Shown here in pieces: positions 1 to 10,347 of a DNA stretch of 58,900 nucleotides. The notes beneath the pieces are model-generated. The model searched no databases and was not told where the DNA came from. It was given only the letters and a program-made list of their open reading frames with translations. Origin of the DNA: an uncultured Flavobacteriales bacterium (GTDB lineage: Bacteria > Bacteroidota > Bacteroidia > Flavobacteriales_G > JALEGO01); the NCBI GenBank assembly GCA_964512145.1, contig CAZEIM010000008.1:19201-78100 (forward strand). The letters run 5' to 3'. A program made the translations under genes and the position numbers. Each line of letters starts with the position of its first letter. Within the stretch, counting starts at the first letter, position 1.

Positions 1-3000
1 AAACGAGTACTACTGGCTCCTACTACTGCCCCGGCTGATGCTCCAAAGGTTAATTGATAATTTGCAATATTTAGTTTACCATTCGATAAGGTTAATACAC
101 CATTGATATTGGTATTGCTTAATACAGCTACATCGGTTCCGGAGGTATTATTTAAATCGAGGTTTGTAAAGGATCCTGAGCCGGTAATTGTTTGAGGAGA
201 AGTTCCTACTAAATATATTTTACCTGAACCTGTTTGTGATGCATTAATCGTTACGTTTCCTACTACAGATGCGGTGTTTGCTCCAACATTTAAAGCTGTA
301 CTAATCGTGATATTATCGTTAACTCTAATCTCCGTATTTGCATCTAAAGTAACCGTTCCAAAAGCATTATTAATTACTAATCGTCCAAAATTCGTTATAT
401 TGGGAGTTGCTGTACCGGTAATGGTTTGTGCAGACGAACTACTGTTAAAGGTAGTAACCTGTGTAGCACTTCCTGCTCTATAACCCCCAACATTTATCCC
501 GGTTGATGCATCGGTATTTAAATTGCTTAAATTTCCAGCTATGTTTACATTAAAACTATTGGCGTTAAAGACGCTAAACTCATCGCTTATGGTTAAGTTT
601 CCTGTTAAAGTAAGTGCATTCACCAACAATTGAACAGTAGCTAAATCGTTGGCATCCATTCCATTTACGGTTATATTAGCTAAATTCATAGAAGTATTTA
701 AACCAAAAGTTTCGTTTGAACCAATATTTGCAGGAGCAAATCGTATTTCTGTATTAGAACCAACCGAAGATGCTAATGCTGGGGCTAAATATAAATCTCC
801 AAATGTCCCATCAGTACCACCACCTCTTCGTATTTCTAAAATAGCGTTATCACTCATATTAAAAGAACTTCCGGCATTACATATTTCTAATTTACCCCTT
901 GTTAAGTTTGTATTAGTTCTTCCAGCAATAATTACCTGACTATTATCTGATTGGGTATAAACTAAACTACCCGAAGCCGTAGTGGTTCTTCTGCGAATAG
1001 CTCCATTTACAAATAATACTCCATTACCTTGAACATCAATTTCTTGCTGTCCAACTTGATCAATTTCGATATCGCAGTGGGAATTTCTTATTGAACTTCC
1101 AACATTTAAAGTTCCACCCAACACTTCTATTTTTCCAGTTAAAAATACATCTCGAGCTGTATTATTATTAAAATATACCACATTTAACTCTGTTGCGTTA
1201 GCTCCAATAGATAAACAAGCTGTAGCAGGGATATAAAAATCACTTCGAACGGTGTTATTGCTTATATTTAAGGTTCCTCCCGTTTTATTCCATCGGAAAG
1301 TACCATTTGTTAAGGTTAGCCAATCGTAAGTTGTTGGTACAGTAAATGTTCCAGCAAAATCTACTTCTAACACGGGGGCTTGAGTTGTCCCTTTATTTAT
1401 ACTAACCGTATGCAATTCAATGGTGCCGCCACTACCCGTAATAAATTCGTTTGAAGTTCCAGAAAAAGTTAAAGCACATGTACTGCTTTGAACCATATCA
1501 AAAACACCAGTTCCATTAACCTCCAATGAACCTAGAATACTCATGGTATTTGCGGTTGCACCGGCATTTTCTAAATCAAAAACAGCACCTGTTTCTACGA
1601 TAACATCATTTTCTATAGTAATTGCCTGAGCTATACCATTTCTAAATTGCAAATTTCCACTATTAACCAATAAATCATTTTCTACTACCAGATTTTTAGC
1701 ACTGGCTGTATTTAAACGAACAACTGCTGTGGCATCTGCTCCTTGTACCGTTATATCATTGTATACTGTTAAATTGATATCCGGCATTTCTATATACGCT
1801 CCTGCTTCAGGAGTTAATGATATATTATAGTAATTGATTAAATTTATTGAACTTGGTGCGTCTGATACGCTAGGAATAGCAAAGTTTTGACCCGCTGTAG
1901 TGTAGTATTCTACCGTACCTCCAGTAGTTCCTAGAAAATCAGTAAAATCTCCCGCAGGAAAATCAGCGGTAGCATTGGCACTGGAAATTCGCAACGTTCC
2001 ATTTCCGGATGCAGGAGAAACATATACCCCAAAGTTATGCCCAATAGTGTTGCCTATGTTTAATGTAGAGCCATTCGCTATCAATAAACTACCACTTTCT
2101 TGACCATCCGCATCTACTGTAACCGTATGATTATACGTTACCCCGTCCCCTATACGAACAATACTATTATTAGTAGGTAAAATTCCGGCTATTAGTCCGT
2201 TATGCCCGGTTGTTGACCAAGTATCAATATCATCCCAATCATAAACACTGCCATCCCTACTATAAAATGTAAGCACCACAGAAAAAGGATCGTCCGGAGT
2301 TTGATCACCTGCCGTAAAATCTCCATCTATTTGCGTATTAAAATCTACTCCATCAAATGTAATCGTATTAGAGGCTTCATCTACTTTAGCCATATCGCTA
2401 TTGCTAGTCCATTGTACAGTAGTAAAATCAAATCGTCCAGGCACATATTCACTTTCTAATATGTCTATCGCATTGTCCACTATATCTGCATCATCATATG
2501 TAAACGTTTGAGTAACTGTAGCAGCTCCTAATGTAAAGCCAACACTAGATACTTTCCAATAGTACGTTAAAGACTGTCCGGCAGCTGATACTAATGGGTG
2601 TTCAGAATCTACCGGCTTCATAGTAATAGAACCATAGCTAGTAGGTGCTGATGAAAAAGTGATGCTTCCGGGAGTATATTTATTTGATGACCCGATTGGA
2701 AAAGTAAAGTTGGTGGCATTAAATGTTTTTACTACTCCAGAAGCACTGGATAATCCATTGGTTTTAATCATTTTAGTATTAGAAAATGTTGTTCCCACTG
2801 CGGCATCAGAATAAATATTGGTAGTAGCCGATAAGGTTAATCGATAACTGTTAATATCTAATACTCCATTTAATAACCTCAAGTTTCCATTAATGGTTTG
2901 GTTGGCCGTAAGAATAGCTCCTCCACCGGTGATATCATTATTTAGAGAAAAATTGGTAAATGTTCCGCTCCCACTTCCTCCAATATTCGGGGCAGTGTCT

Positions 3001-5835
3001 GTTTCTCCAACACAACTAGTTGCCGGAGTAGCTCCATTGGCACTAATATCTACCGTACAATCGTTTGTATATCCCTCTCCGGTAGATAATACTTCCACGG
3101 AAGTAAGAGTACCTGTTCCGGCTACGTTGGATGTGGTTCCGGTTACTACAGCTTCAAACAAAGCACCTGCGCCTCCGCCATCACCAGCATCAGTAGCTGT
3201 AGGCCCATATCCCGATCCTCCATCTACAATCCAAACTCCTATCAAAGCCCCACCCGCTCTTTCTGCTCTACATTCTAAGCCTACACCATTACCTCCAGCT
3301 ACCACTAAATTATGAAATTGCCCTCCGCCATAACCGGCACCACCATTGGCAATGCTTATATTGGTTACCACACCATTTTCTATGGTTAAATTAAATGTAG
3401 CATGCGTTGTGGGTGCGGGTCCAGTAGAAGATGTGATTGTTGGAAGATCATAGGTAGATGCAGCTACACCGCTTGTACTTCTAACACCTCTCTGAACACG
3501 AATAGCACCTGCGCCTTCATGTACTCCTGAATTTAGAATATCACCTACGACATCTAATGTTTTTCCGCCATCGTTAAAAGTTCCGGAAGAAATGGTTAAA
3601 CTTCTCAAATATTGAAAATTTCCGGTTCCGGCCAATGTAGCTGTACCGGTAGATTTATTAATTACTAAATCTACAGCATTTGACACCGTGTTGTTCAGTG
3701 TAATGGTTTGGTTGGTTCTACCAAGGGTTTGAGGCCCGTTTATGGTAAGAGTATTTTTATTTGAGTTGAAATTAGCTCCCATATTAATAGTAAAGTTACC
3801 TCCAACCGTAACAGCTAAACCATTGGCATCAAAAACCGGTGCATCGGTTCCATTTCCAATGGTAAAATCTCTTAAAACAACCATTGGCTGAGCAACAGAA
3901 ACTACTTCACCACCAATCGTTTCTAATTTTGCTACACACGTTCCAACTCCGGATGAATATACGTTTAAATCATAAAAAGGTACTGTAGACGTAATGTAAA
4001 AATTATCTCTTGCAGTAGAAAGAGCGGGTATATATATATTCCATGTTCCTCCCGTAACGCTGTAATTTCCTATATCGGATCGGATAATAATACCTCCGTT
4101 GCTACAATTTGCCATGTTTACCGGATTGGATACATTCACCGTACCTCCGGTTTGAATAAATGTTACAAAAGGACTGGCAAAAGAAACCCTTGGTAAATCA
4201 TTCACTCCTGCATTAGCTGGAGAATTGTTTACATTTAATGTTCCTCCATTAATTGTAACGGTAGCTACGGTTGTTCCTCCACCTCCATTAATTAATCGCT
4301 CAACGGTTAAAGTACCCCCATCCATAACAAACTCTGAACCATTTTGCAGATTTAATCCATTATTTCCCATAGTACAGTTTCCACTAACCATCCAAAATTT
4401 TCCATACACGTTACACGTATAGTTACTGGTAACTGTAGCTCCGTCAATTTTTAAGCAAGCGTTATTATTGGCAGCTGAACTTACATTAAAATTGTTGTTA
4501 GAACCCCTAATACGAGTTAGGGTAATTCCGCTTCCTAACGTAAGTGTTCCATTCGTCATCACTATACCATCGGCTCCCGAAGCACCATTCGTAGTAAAAG
4601 AAAAACTACCGGTTGGAGCACTTAACAGTAGCTCATAGGTTTGATCGGTGCCTTTATTTAACGTTAAAGAATATACTTCTGTTGTTCCATTACAGGTAAA
4701 AACGTTATTAGATAATCCGGTAAACACCACATGAGCAGCTCCTGTTGTGGCATTAGAATACGCAGCGTTGTTAGCCACATCAAATGTTCCATTATTAATT
4801 AAATCACCACTGCAGGTTATGGTATGTATAGCATTTAAGTTTACACAATTAAAGGTACAACCTGCTCCGTTCGTTAAGGTTCCGGCAACATTTAATTGTA
4901 TAGGATTGGTAATTACATTTCCTAAAGTTACCGTTAAATCACCAGCTCCGGTATTTGTAGTAGTTAAATCACCATTTAAAGTGTAGGTGGTGGGGTTTAA
5001 AGGGTTATCAAACGTGTAGGTTAAATTACCTGCAGTAGAATTCGATAGCAATAAATTACAATACGTAGTTACCGAAGTTGGTAAACTACCACTAGGCACA
5101 TCATAATATTCTACTGTTCCTCCCCCCGATGCTACAAAAGCAGTAAAATCACCGGTAGGCAATGCAAAGGTATTGATGGCTAAGGTTCCCGTTCCGGTTA
5201 TGGTTCCTAAATTACTGGCAATATTGTCTTGAATATCCAATTTACCATTTGCTTCTAAATGTGTAGACGATACAGTTCTGTCAATAGCTGTATATACAGT
5301 ATGTCCTGTTTGTATGGTAATATCGTCAATGGCTAATTCACTAGGCACTAATAAATCGGGATTATCAAACAATCCAATGGTTAACGTCCAAGTTAGAGGA
5401 TCTGCCCAATCTCCGTTTTGGTAAGAGTACCAGCTTCTAGGGATAGCCGGAGCAGGATCAATACACGTCCAATCTCCATTTAAATCGGTTTCATCAGCCC
5501 CGGTTGAAGAAAAGAAATTACCTGCTGTATTAACCGAAGGACCCGGCACTACATTAAATGCCGCTGTATAAATAGATCTGGGCTCGTAATTATTTTCATC
5601 CCCAAACAACTCAGCATCGTTATAATAAAAACTCACATTAGCATTAACTCCGGTTAAGTCTGTTGTTTCTACTGTCCAGTATTTTAGAAGAGCATTGTAT
5701 GGGGTTGGTGCCAACGTTAAAGGATGTGCCGGTGTTTTAGGAAGGACAGAAATTTGAGGAGATGCACCTAGAGTTCCTGAAAATGAAGTAATAATCATAG
5801 GAGAGTATAAAACACCAGTTCCTACAGGATAGGTC
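1..5835 (-). repeat. Tandem ~900-1050-aa super-repeat modules in the giant ORF
   Basis: Ordered motif pairs lie ~3.1-3.2 kb apart: YPVG (~5825) and FPIG (~2695), HPL/HPL, YWTV (~5675) and YWKV (~2555), WYS..GDW.D..TW (~5410) and FYS...DW.D..TW (~2240), GDFTAF...GGTVEYY (~5120) and GDFTDF...GGTVEYY (~1920). Confidence 0.75.
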
Positions 5836-8800
5836 ATCACAAAATCAGCCGCAACATTCCCTTTTTTAATAAATTTCCCGGTTCCGTCACACGCAATCAT
5901 GTGAGTAGCATCGTACACACCGGATATGCTAGCGTCTACCTCTAAGGTAAAATCAAAATTTCCTATCGATAAAACTCCATCGGTTAAGGTGCAAATTCCA
6001 TTACACGTTACATTGGCTCCTAATGTTACAGTTAAGCCAGCAACATTAATGGTTAAATCTTGTAAAACATTACTAGCCACAGGCATTTCTACCCCGGTCG
6101 TTAAATTACCTCCGGTATATATAATATTGATTACTCCATTAAAGGTAGGTATATTGCTTAAAGAAACATCGTTGTAACGATTAATGGTAGCATCGTCTTC
6201 CATGATTAATATTCCGGCTGTATTATTTAAAGAGGCGGTTTGAACCGTTAAAGTACCATGTACCGTTGTAGCAGAAGTACTTAATACAGCTATACCTGTT
6301 CCACTTAAAGTTATGTTGTAGTATTCATTCCCTCGATATATTATGTTATTATTCGCGCCATAATACACTGTGTTTGTTTCTGCGGGAGTATATGCATCTA
6401 GTACTCCGGAAGTAGCAAAAGGAATGGTGGCATTATTAAAAGTAAGCACCGAGTTGTTGCCTTGTAACCAAGTAGAAGCCGGGTCGTTTCCATTTAAGGT
6501 ATTTTGAAAAACGATACCCGATGGGTGTGTACATAAATTAGTTACTGTAATAGCCCCATCAATAAGGGTTGCATTATTAATAGTATAAGTTCCTGCCCCG
6601 GAAACGGATTGACTATTCGTATTAAAAGTAATTCCTCCGGCAACAAAGTCGCCTTGATTTATTATTCCATTCTGGAAAACAAGATTTCCGGTAGTGGTGA
6701 CTGCGGTTGATGTAAACGTTCCTGTAGCTGCTATATCCAACGCATTGGCAAATGTTTTTATTCCATTATTATTATTTAAGGTTAAGGTTCGTCCGGCTAA
6801 AACCTGAGTGGCCGGACCATTTATATTGATAGAAGATCTTTCCAATATCGCATCTGCCGTAGGTAAAGATAGTGTTCCAGTTATATTAATGGTACCGGTA
6901 ACCCCGTTTCCTAATTGGCCACCGGATAAATCTACATCTTGTAAATTTACTATAGTAGCTACATTTCTTGGCCCCATAGTCCCCGCTATGGTAGATGATC
7001 CTGCTACATCAAAGGTAAAAGCCCCATCTATTCGACCGGTAACTCCTGTGGATACTATAAAATCGCCATCTATCCCTGAGTTTGCTGTTAAGGTGAGTGT
7101 TTTTATTCCACCTGTAGTAAAACTTAAATGATAATAAGTGGTTAAGGGCTCTTTAACGGTTTGATTTCCAGTTGAGTTATATTCCACCAAATTATTATTA
7201 GCTGACACATCCAAAACACCGGTAGCCATAGGTTGGGTGGCATTTCCATAAAACAATTTAGTATTAGGGTCGTTACGCCAAGTAGATAATACATCGGTAC
7301 CATTTAAGGTGCTGGTAAGTTCTATCCCTGAAACATGGGTAGATTGATTGGTAACCGTTATAGCTCCTGTAATAACTAAAGCTCCTGTAAAATGGTATTG
7401 CGCAGAACCCGATAAGTTTTGATTAGCAGTAGAAAAATTTGCTCCTCCGGCTTGAAATGTTCCTTCGTTTGAAACGCCTCCTCTAAACTCTAAAGAAGTA
7501 GAAGTAGAATTTACTGCCGGGGCTTGACTAACATTGGCAGCGAAAGTACCACCTGCCTGAACCGTCAATAAACCATCAAATCGTTTTAAACCTGTAGCAC
7601 TGGTTAAATATAAGGTTCTACCGGTAATAATGGTTACAGGATTTGTAATGTTAATATCAGATCTTTCCAAGGTAGCATCTGCTGTAGGAAAAGTTAGATT
7701 ACCATTAATATTTATAGTTCCTGTTACACCGTTTCCTAATTGACCGGAAGAAGCATTTACATCTTGTAAATTAATAATGGTAGCAGCATTTCCCGGAGCA
7801 AAAGTTCCGGCTATGGTAGATGTTCCTGCTACATCAAAAGAAAAGGCTCCGGTTATAGTTCCAATAACTCCTGAGGAAACTATTAAATCTCCGTCTATAC
7901 CCGAATTAGCCGTTAAGGTTAATGTTTTAGTTCCGGCATTTGTAAAACTTAAATGATAATAAGTGGTTAAAGGTTCTTTAACAGTTTGGTTGTTGTTTCT
8001 GTTATATTCTACTAAATTATTATTAGCCGAAACATCTAATATACCTGTAGCCATGGGTGCAGCAGCATTAGCATAAAACAATTTAGTATTAGGATCGTTG
8101 CGCCAGGTAGAAGCAGGATCATCGCCATTTAGCACACTGGATATAGATATTCCTAAAACATTTGAACATTGATTGGTAACCGTTATGGCTCCAGATACGA
8201 GTACATTACCCGCAAAAGTGTAAGTACCTGAGCCTGTTAAATTTTGACTATTGGTATTAAATGTTATCACATTGCTTGTAAAATCGTTGTTATTACTAAT
8301 ACCATTTTGAACAATTAAACGACCGGCTGTCGTTATAGCTGAAGAGTTAAAAACTCCGGTTCCTTGAACATCAATAATAGACTCAAATGTTTTAACACCT
8401 TCGTTGTTATTTAAAGTTAATGTTCTGCCTGTAGCAATCGTTGTAGAACCGGAAACCGTAATATTAGATCGCTGTAATATACCATCCCCGGTAGGCATAG
8501 TTAAATTTCCTAAAATATTGATGGTACTGGTAACTCCAACTCCCAACTGCCCACCCGATAAATTTACATCTTGAAGATTTATGGTAGCACCGGTATTGTT
8601 AGAACCAAAAGTTCCGGCTATTATTGAATTTCCGGAGACGTCAAACGTAAAAGCCCCAGCTAATGTAAATGTTACACCCGAAGCTACGGTTAATATACCT
8701 CCGGCAGCAGCATTGGCTGTCATTGTCATCGTTTTAGTACCGGAGTTGCTTAAGGTTAAATTGCGATAATTCATACTCGGAAATACAGTTTGATTCCCCC

Positions 8801-10241
8801 CAGCATTATAATTTACCGTACTGGCTACAGCAGCTGTGGTAAACGTGGCACATGTATTGGTGGCACCTCCTAAATTTAACGTATGTAATAAACTTCCTCC
8901 GCTCATATCAACCGTTCCGGAAGCAGTTAAATTACCTGCTAAAGTAACCGTTTTAGTGGTAGTTCCATTAAATAAAAGCGTACCATTAATAGTAGAAACA
9001 CCGGTAACATTTGCTGTTGTTATGGTTGTTCCTAAATCCAAGGTATTATTGGCATTGTTGACCGTTAAAAAACCGTTAACGGTTAAGGATGTACTAGCAC
9101 TGGCTCCTCCCACTACACTTGCCAATAAAACCCCTGTATTGTTAATATATAAATTGTTATACACAGGGGTAGCTGAAATATCCTGAGCGGTTAAAGCTTG
9201 ATAAGCCACCGTACCTGATGTTAAACTAATATTTCCGGTAACAAAATTAGTGGGAAACAACACATTGGTTGAACTTGCCGGGTTTCCTAAACGTAATGTA
9301 GAAGTACCCGTCATAGTTATAGTTCCGGTAGCATTTCCAGTAATTTGATACACATCACATTCTAAAATGGTATTGTTAGTATTAATTTCCAAATTTGTTA
9401 GGGTAACTGCCCCTCCTAATGTTTTAGTAGAACCCCCAGAAACGACCAAGGTAAAATACGTAGTATTTCTGATGGTTTGCGTGTTATTTCGGGCATAATT
9501 TACCGTATTACCATTGGCTGTAAAATCAACTGTGGTAACTGTTAATGTAGAGCTATGATATGTTAAAATACTATTTACTCCTTGAGTCCACCCCCCGGTA
9601 CCGGATAATGCACCCGCATTTGGTCTTAAAATTTCTACCCCGGCAGTATTGTTGTTTGTTACGGTTATACCAGTAACTACTATGCTTCTATTGACTCCAA
9701 AACTAATCAATGTATTTCCGCCAATTGACTGATTATTCGTATTAAACGTAATACTACCTACACCCCCTGCTATACTAACTGTTCCACCATTATTGGTTAA
9801 ACCTCCTTGAAATACAAAATTCGAGTTATTTCCGGTACTTATCGTTCCTGTAGCATTAACCGTAACCAAGCCGGTAAATGTATTGGTTCCTCCATTATTA
9901 TTATCGGATAAAGTTCCGTCAATGGTAGTAGTTCCTCCCACAGTAAAAGTTCTGTTGGACATATTTAAACTGGCTCCAGCATTTATTTGCAAATGAACAT
10001 TAGCACCAAAAGTAGTATTGCCCCCCAGTGTAGCAGCATCATCATCGATGATAAATACATCTCCGGCTGTAGTAAAATCAGCTGCATTAACTCCTGAACC
10101 ATCAGCAACAGTATTCCAATTGTTAGGGGTTTGTGGGTTAGCTCCGACCAAATAATAGGTAGCAGATTTTACTTGAATTGTTATAAAAATAAGTAATGTA
10201 ATACATACCAATAAAACCTTATGACTTTTAGATAAATTCAT
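1..10241 (-). CDS. Giant secreted repetitive surface protein, probable beta-helix adhesin and probable T9SS cargo; 3' end lies outside the window (>3410 aa)
   Basis: ATG at 10241-10239 gives MNLSKSHKVLLVCITLLIFITIQVKS-ATYY, a signal peptide. The same frame was confirmed by manual translation near 8757, 7950, 7125, 6312, 3000-3480 and 3-35 (...AGAVVGASSTR). The ORF track reports no minus ORF here, consistent with no stop before the window edge. The sequence is made of G/T/N/V/I-rich repeats such as GNQTV..TYYHLSF and GxLTLxNGxL. The C-terminal sorting domain is not visible. Confidence 0.9.
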   Translation of the reverse strand, partial: MNLSKSHKVLLVCITLLIFITIQVKSATYYLVGANPQTPNNWNTVADGSGVNAADFTTAGDVFIIDDDAATLGGNTTFGANVHLQINAGASLNMSNRTFTVGGTTTIDGTLSDNNNGGTNTFTGLVTVNATGTISTGNNSNFVFQGGLTNNGGTVSIAGGVGSITFNTNNQSIGGNTLISFGVNRSIVVTGITVTNNNTAGVEILRPNAGALSGTGGWTQGVNSILTYHSSTLTVTTVDFTANGNTVNYARNNTQTIRNTTYFTLVVSGGSTKTLGGAVTLTNLEINTNNTILECDVYQITGNATGTITMTGTSTLRLGNPASSTNVLFPTNFVTGNISLTSGTVAYQALTAQDISATPVYNNLYINNTGVLLASVVGGASASTSLTVNGFLTVNNANNTLDLGTTITTANVTGVSTINGTLLFNGTTTKTVTLAGNLTASGTVDMSGGSLLHTLNLGGATNTCATFTTAAVASTVNYNAGGNQTVFPSMNYRNLTLSNSGTKTMTMTANAAAGGILTVASGVTFTLAGAFTFDVSGNSIIAGTFGSNNTGATINLQDVNLSGGQLGVGVTSTINILGNLTMPTGDGILQRSNITVSGSTTIATGRTLTLNNNEGVKTFESIIDVQGTGVFNSSAITTAGRLIVQNGISNNNDFTSNVITFNTNSQNLTGSGTYTFAGNVLVSGAITVTNQCSNVLGISISSVLNGDDPASTWRNDPNTKLFYANAAAPMATGILDVSANNNLVEYNRNNNQTVKEPLTTYYHLSFTNAGTKTLTLTANSGIDGDLIVSSGVIGTITGAFSFDVAGTSTIAGTFAPGNAATIINLQDVNASSGQLGNGVTGTININGNLTFPTADATLERSDINITNPVTIITGRTLYLTSATGLKRFDGLLTVQAGGTFAANVSQAPAVNSTSTSLEFRGGVSNEGTFQAGGANFSTANQNLSGSAQYHFTGALVITGAITVTNQSTHVSGIELTSTLNGTDVLSTWRNDPNTKLFYGNATQPMATGVLDVSANNNLVEYNSTGNQTVKEPLTTYYHLSFTTGGIKTLTLTANSGIDGDFIVSTGVTGRIDGAFTFDVAGSSTIAGTMGPRNVATIVNLQDVDLSGGQLGNGVTGTINITGTLSLPTADAILERSSININGPATQVLAGRTLTLNNNNGIKTFANALDIAATGTFTSTAVTTTGNLVFQNGIINQGDFVAGGITFNTNSQSVSGAGTYTINNATLIDGAITVTNLCTHPSGIVFQNTLNGNDPASTWLQGNNSVLTFNNATIPFATSGVLDAYTPAETNTVYYGANNNIIYRGNEYYNITLSGTGIAVLSTSATTVHGTLTVQTASLNNTAGILIMEDDATINRYNDVSLSNIPTFNGVINIIYTGGNLTTGVEMPVASNVLQDLTINVAGLTVTLGANVTCNGICTLTDGVLSIGNFDFTLEVDASISGVYDATHMIACDGTGKFIKKGNVAADFVMTYPVGTGVLYSPMIITSFSGTLGASPQISVLPKTPAHPLTLAPTPYNALLKYWTVETTDLTGVNANVSFYYNDAELFGDENNYEPRSIYTAAFNVVPGPSVNTAGNFFSSTGADETDLNGDWTCIDPAPAIPRSWYSYQNGDWADPLTWTLTIGLFDNPDLLVPSELAIDDITIQTGHTVYTAIDRTVSSTHLEANGKLDIQDNIASNLGTITGTGTLAINTFALPTGDFTAFVASGGGTVEYYDVPSGSLPTSVTTYCNLLLSNSTAGNLTYTFDNPLNPTTYTLNGDLTTTNTGAGDLTVTLGNVITNPIQLNVAGTLTNGAGCTFNCVNLNAIHTITCSGDLINNGTFDVANNAAYSNATTGAAHVVFTGLSNNVFTCNGTTEVYSLTLNKGTDQTYELLLSAPTGSFSFTTNGASGADGIVMTNGTLTLGSGITLTRIRGSNNNFNVSSAANNNACLKIDGATVTSNYTCNVYGKFWMVSGNCTMGNNGLNLQNGSEFVMDGGTLTVERLINGGGGTTVATVTINGGTLNVNNSPANAGVNDLPRVSFASPFVTFIQTGGTVNVSNPVNMANCSNGGIIIRSDIGNYSVTGGTWNIYIPALSTARDNFYITSTVPFYDLNVYSSGVGTCVAKLETIGGEVVSVAQPMVVLRDFTIGNGTDAPVFDANGLAVTVGGNFTINMGANFNSNKNTLTINGPQTLGRTNQTITLNNTVSNAVDLVINKSTGTATLAGTGNFQYLRSLTISSGTFNDGGKTLDVVGDILNSGVHEGAGAIRVQRGVRSTSGVAASTYDLPTITSSTGPAPTTHATFNLTIENGVVTNISIANGGAGYGGGQFHNLVVAGGNGVGLECRAERAGGALIGVWIVDGGSGYGPTATDAGDGGGAGALFEAVVTGTTSNVAGTGTLTSVEVLSTGEGYTNDCTVDISANGATPATSCVGETDTAPNIGGSGSGTFTNFSLNNDITGGGAILTANQTINGNLRLLNGVLDINSYRLTLSATTNIYSDAAVGTTFSNTKMIKTNGLSSASGVVKTFNATNFTFPIGSSNKYTPGSITFSSAPTSYGSITMKPVDSEHPLVSAAGQSLTYYWKVSSVGFTLGAATVTQTFTYDDADIVDNAIDILESEYVPGRFDFTTVQWTSNSDMAKVDEASNTITFDGVDFNTQIDGDFTAGDQTPDDPFSVVLTFYSRDGSVYDWDDIDTWSTTGHNGLIAGILPTNNSIVRIGDGVTYNHTVTVDADGQESGSLLIANGSTLNIGNTIGHNFGVYVSPASGNGTLRISSANATADFPAGDFTDFLGTTGGTVEYYTTAGQNFAIPSVSDAPSSINLINYYNISLTPEAGAYIEMPDINLTVYNDITVQGADATAVVRLNTASAKNLVVENDLLVNSGNLQFRNGIAQAITIENDVIVETGAVFDLENAGATANTMSILGSLEVNGTGVFDMVQSSTCALTFSGTSNEFITGSGGTIELHTVSINKGTTQAPVLEVDFAGTFTVPTTYDWLTLTNGTFRWNKTGGTLNISNNTVRSDFYIPATACLSIGANATELNVVYFNNNTARDVFLTGKIEVLGGTLNVGSSIRNSHCDIEIDQVGQQEIDVQGNGVLFVNGAIRRRTTTASGSLVYTQSDNSQVIIAGRTNTNLTRGKLEICNAGSSFNMSDNAILEIRRGGGTDGTFGDLYLAPALASSVGSNTEIRFAPANIGSNETFGLNTSMNLANITVNGMDANDLATVQLLVNALTLTGNLTISDEFSVFNANSFNVNIAGNLSNLNTDASTGINVGGYRAGSATQVTTFNSSSSAQTITGTATPNITNFGRLVINNAFGTVTLDANTEIRVNDNITISTALNVGANTASVVGNVTINASQTGSGKIYLVGTSPQTITGSGSFTNLDLNNTSGTDVAVLSNTNINGVLTLSNGKLNIANYQLTFGASAGAVVGASSTR
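6310..8760 (-). repeat. Three tandem ~270-aa (807-825 bp) intragenic repeats in the giant ORF
   Basis: An equivalent codon in the Y(Y/R)(H/N)(L/I) motif falls at 8757, 7950, 7125 and 6312. Shared strings include NLQDV and GQLG. TWRNDPNTKLFY and TVKEPLTTYYHLSF are identical in two copies, with clear DNA-level similarity. Confidence 0.9.
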
Positions 10242-10347
10242 TTTTTTTTTTTTGAATACACGTAACTAAATACTAAAATATAAAAAAATGTACGTTTATA
10301 AGCTTTTAGAGTTTTAAAATTTAAAAAATTAAATGTTTTTTAACATT

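Noticed and set aside
274..9186. Nine short + strand ORFs (62-140 aa) in the track
   Set aside because: They are antisense shadows of the giant minus-strand ORF. Their V/P/L/K-rich composition mirrors its codon bias.
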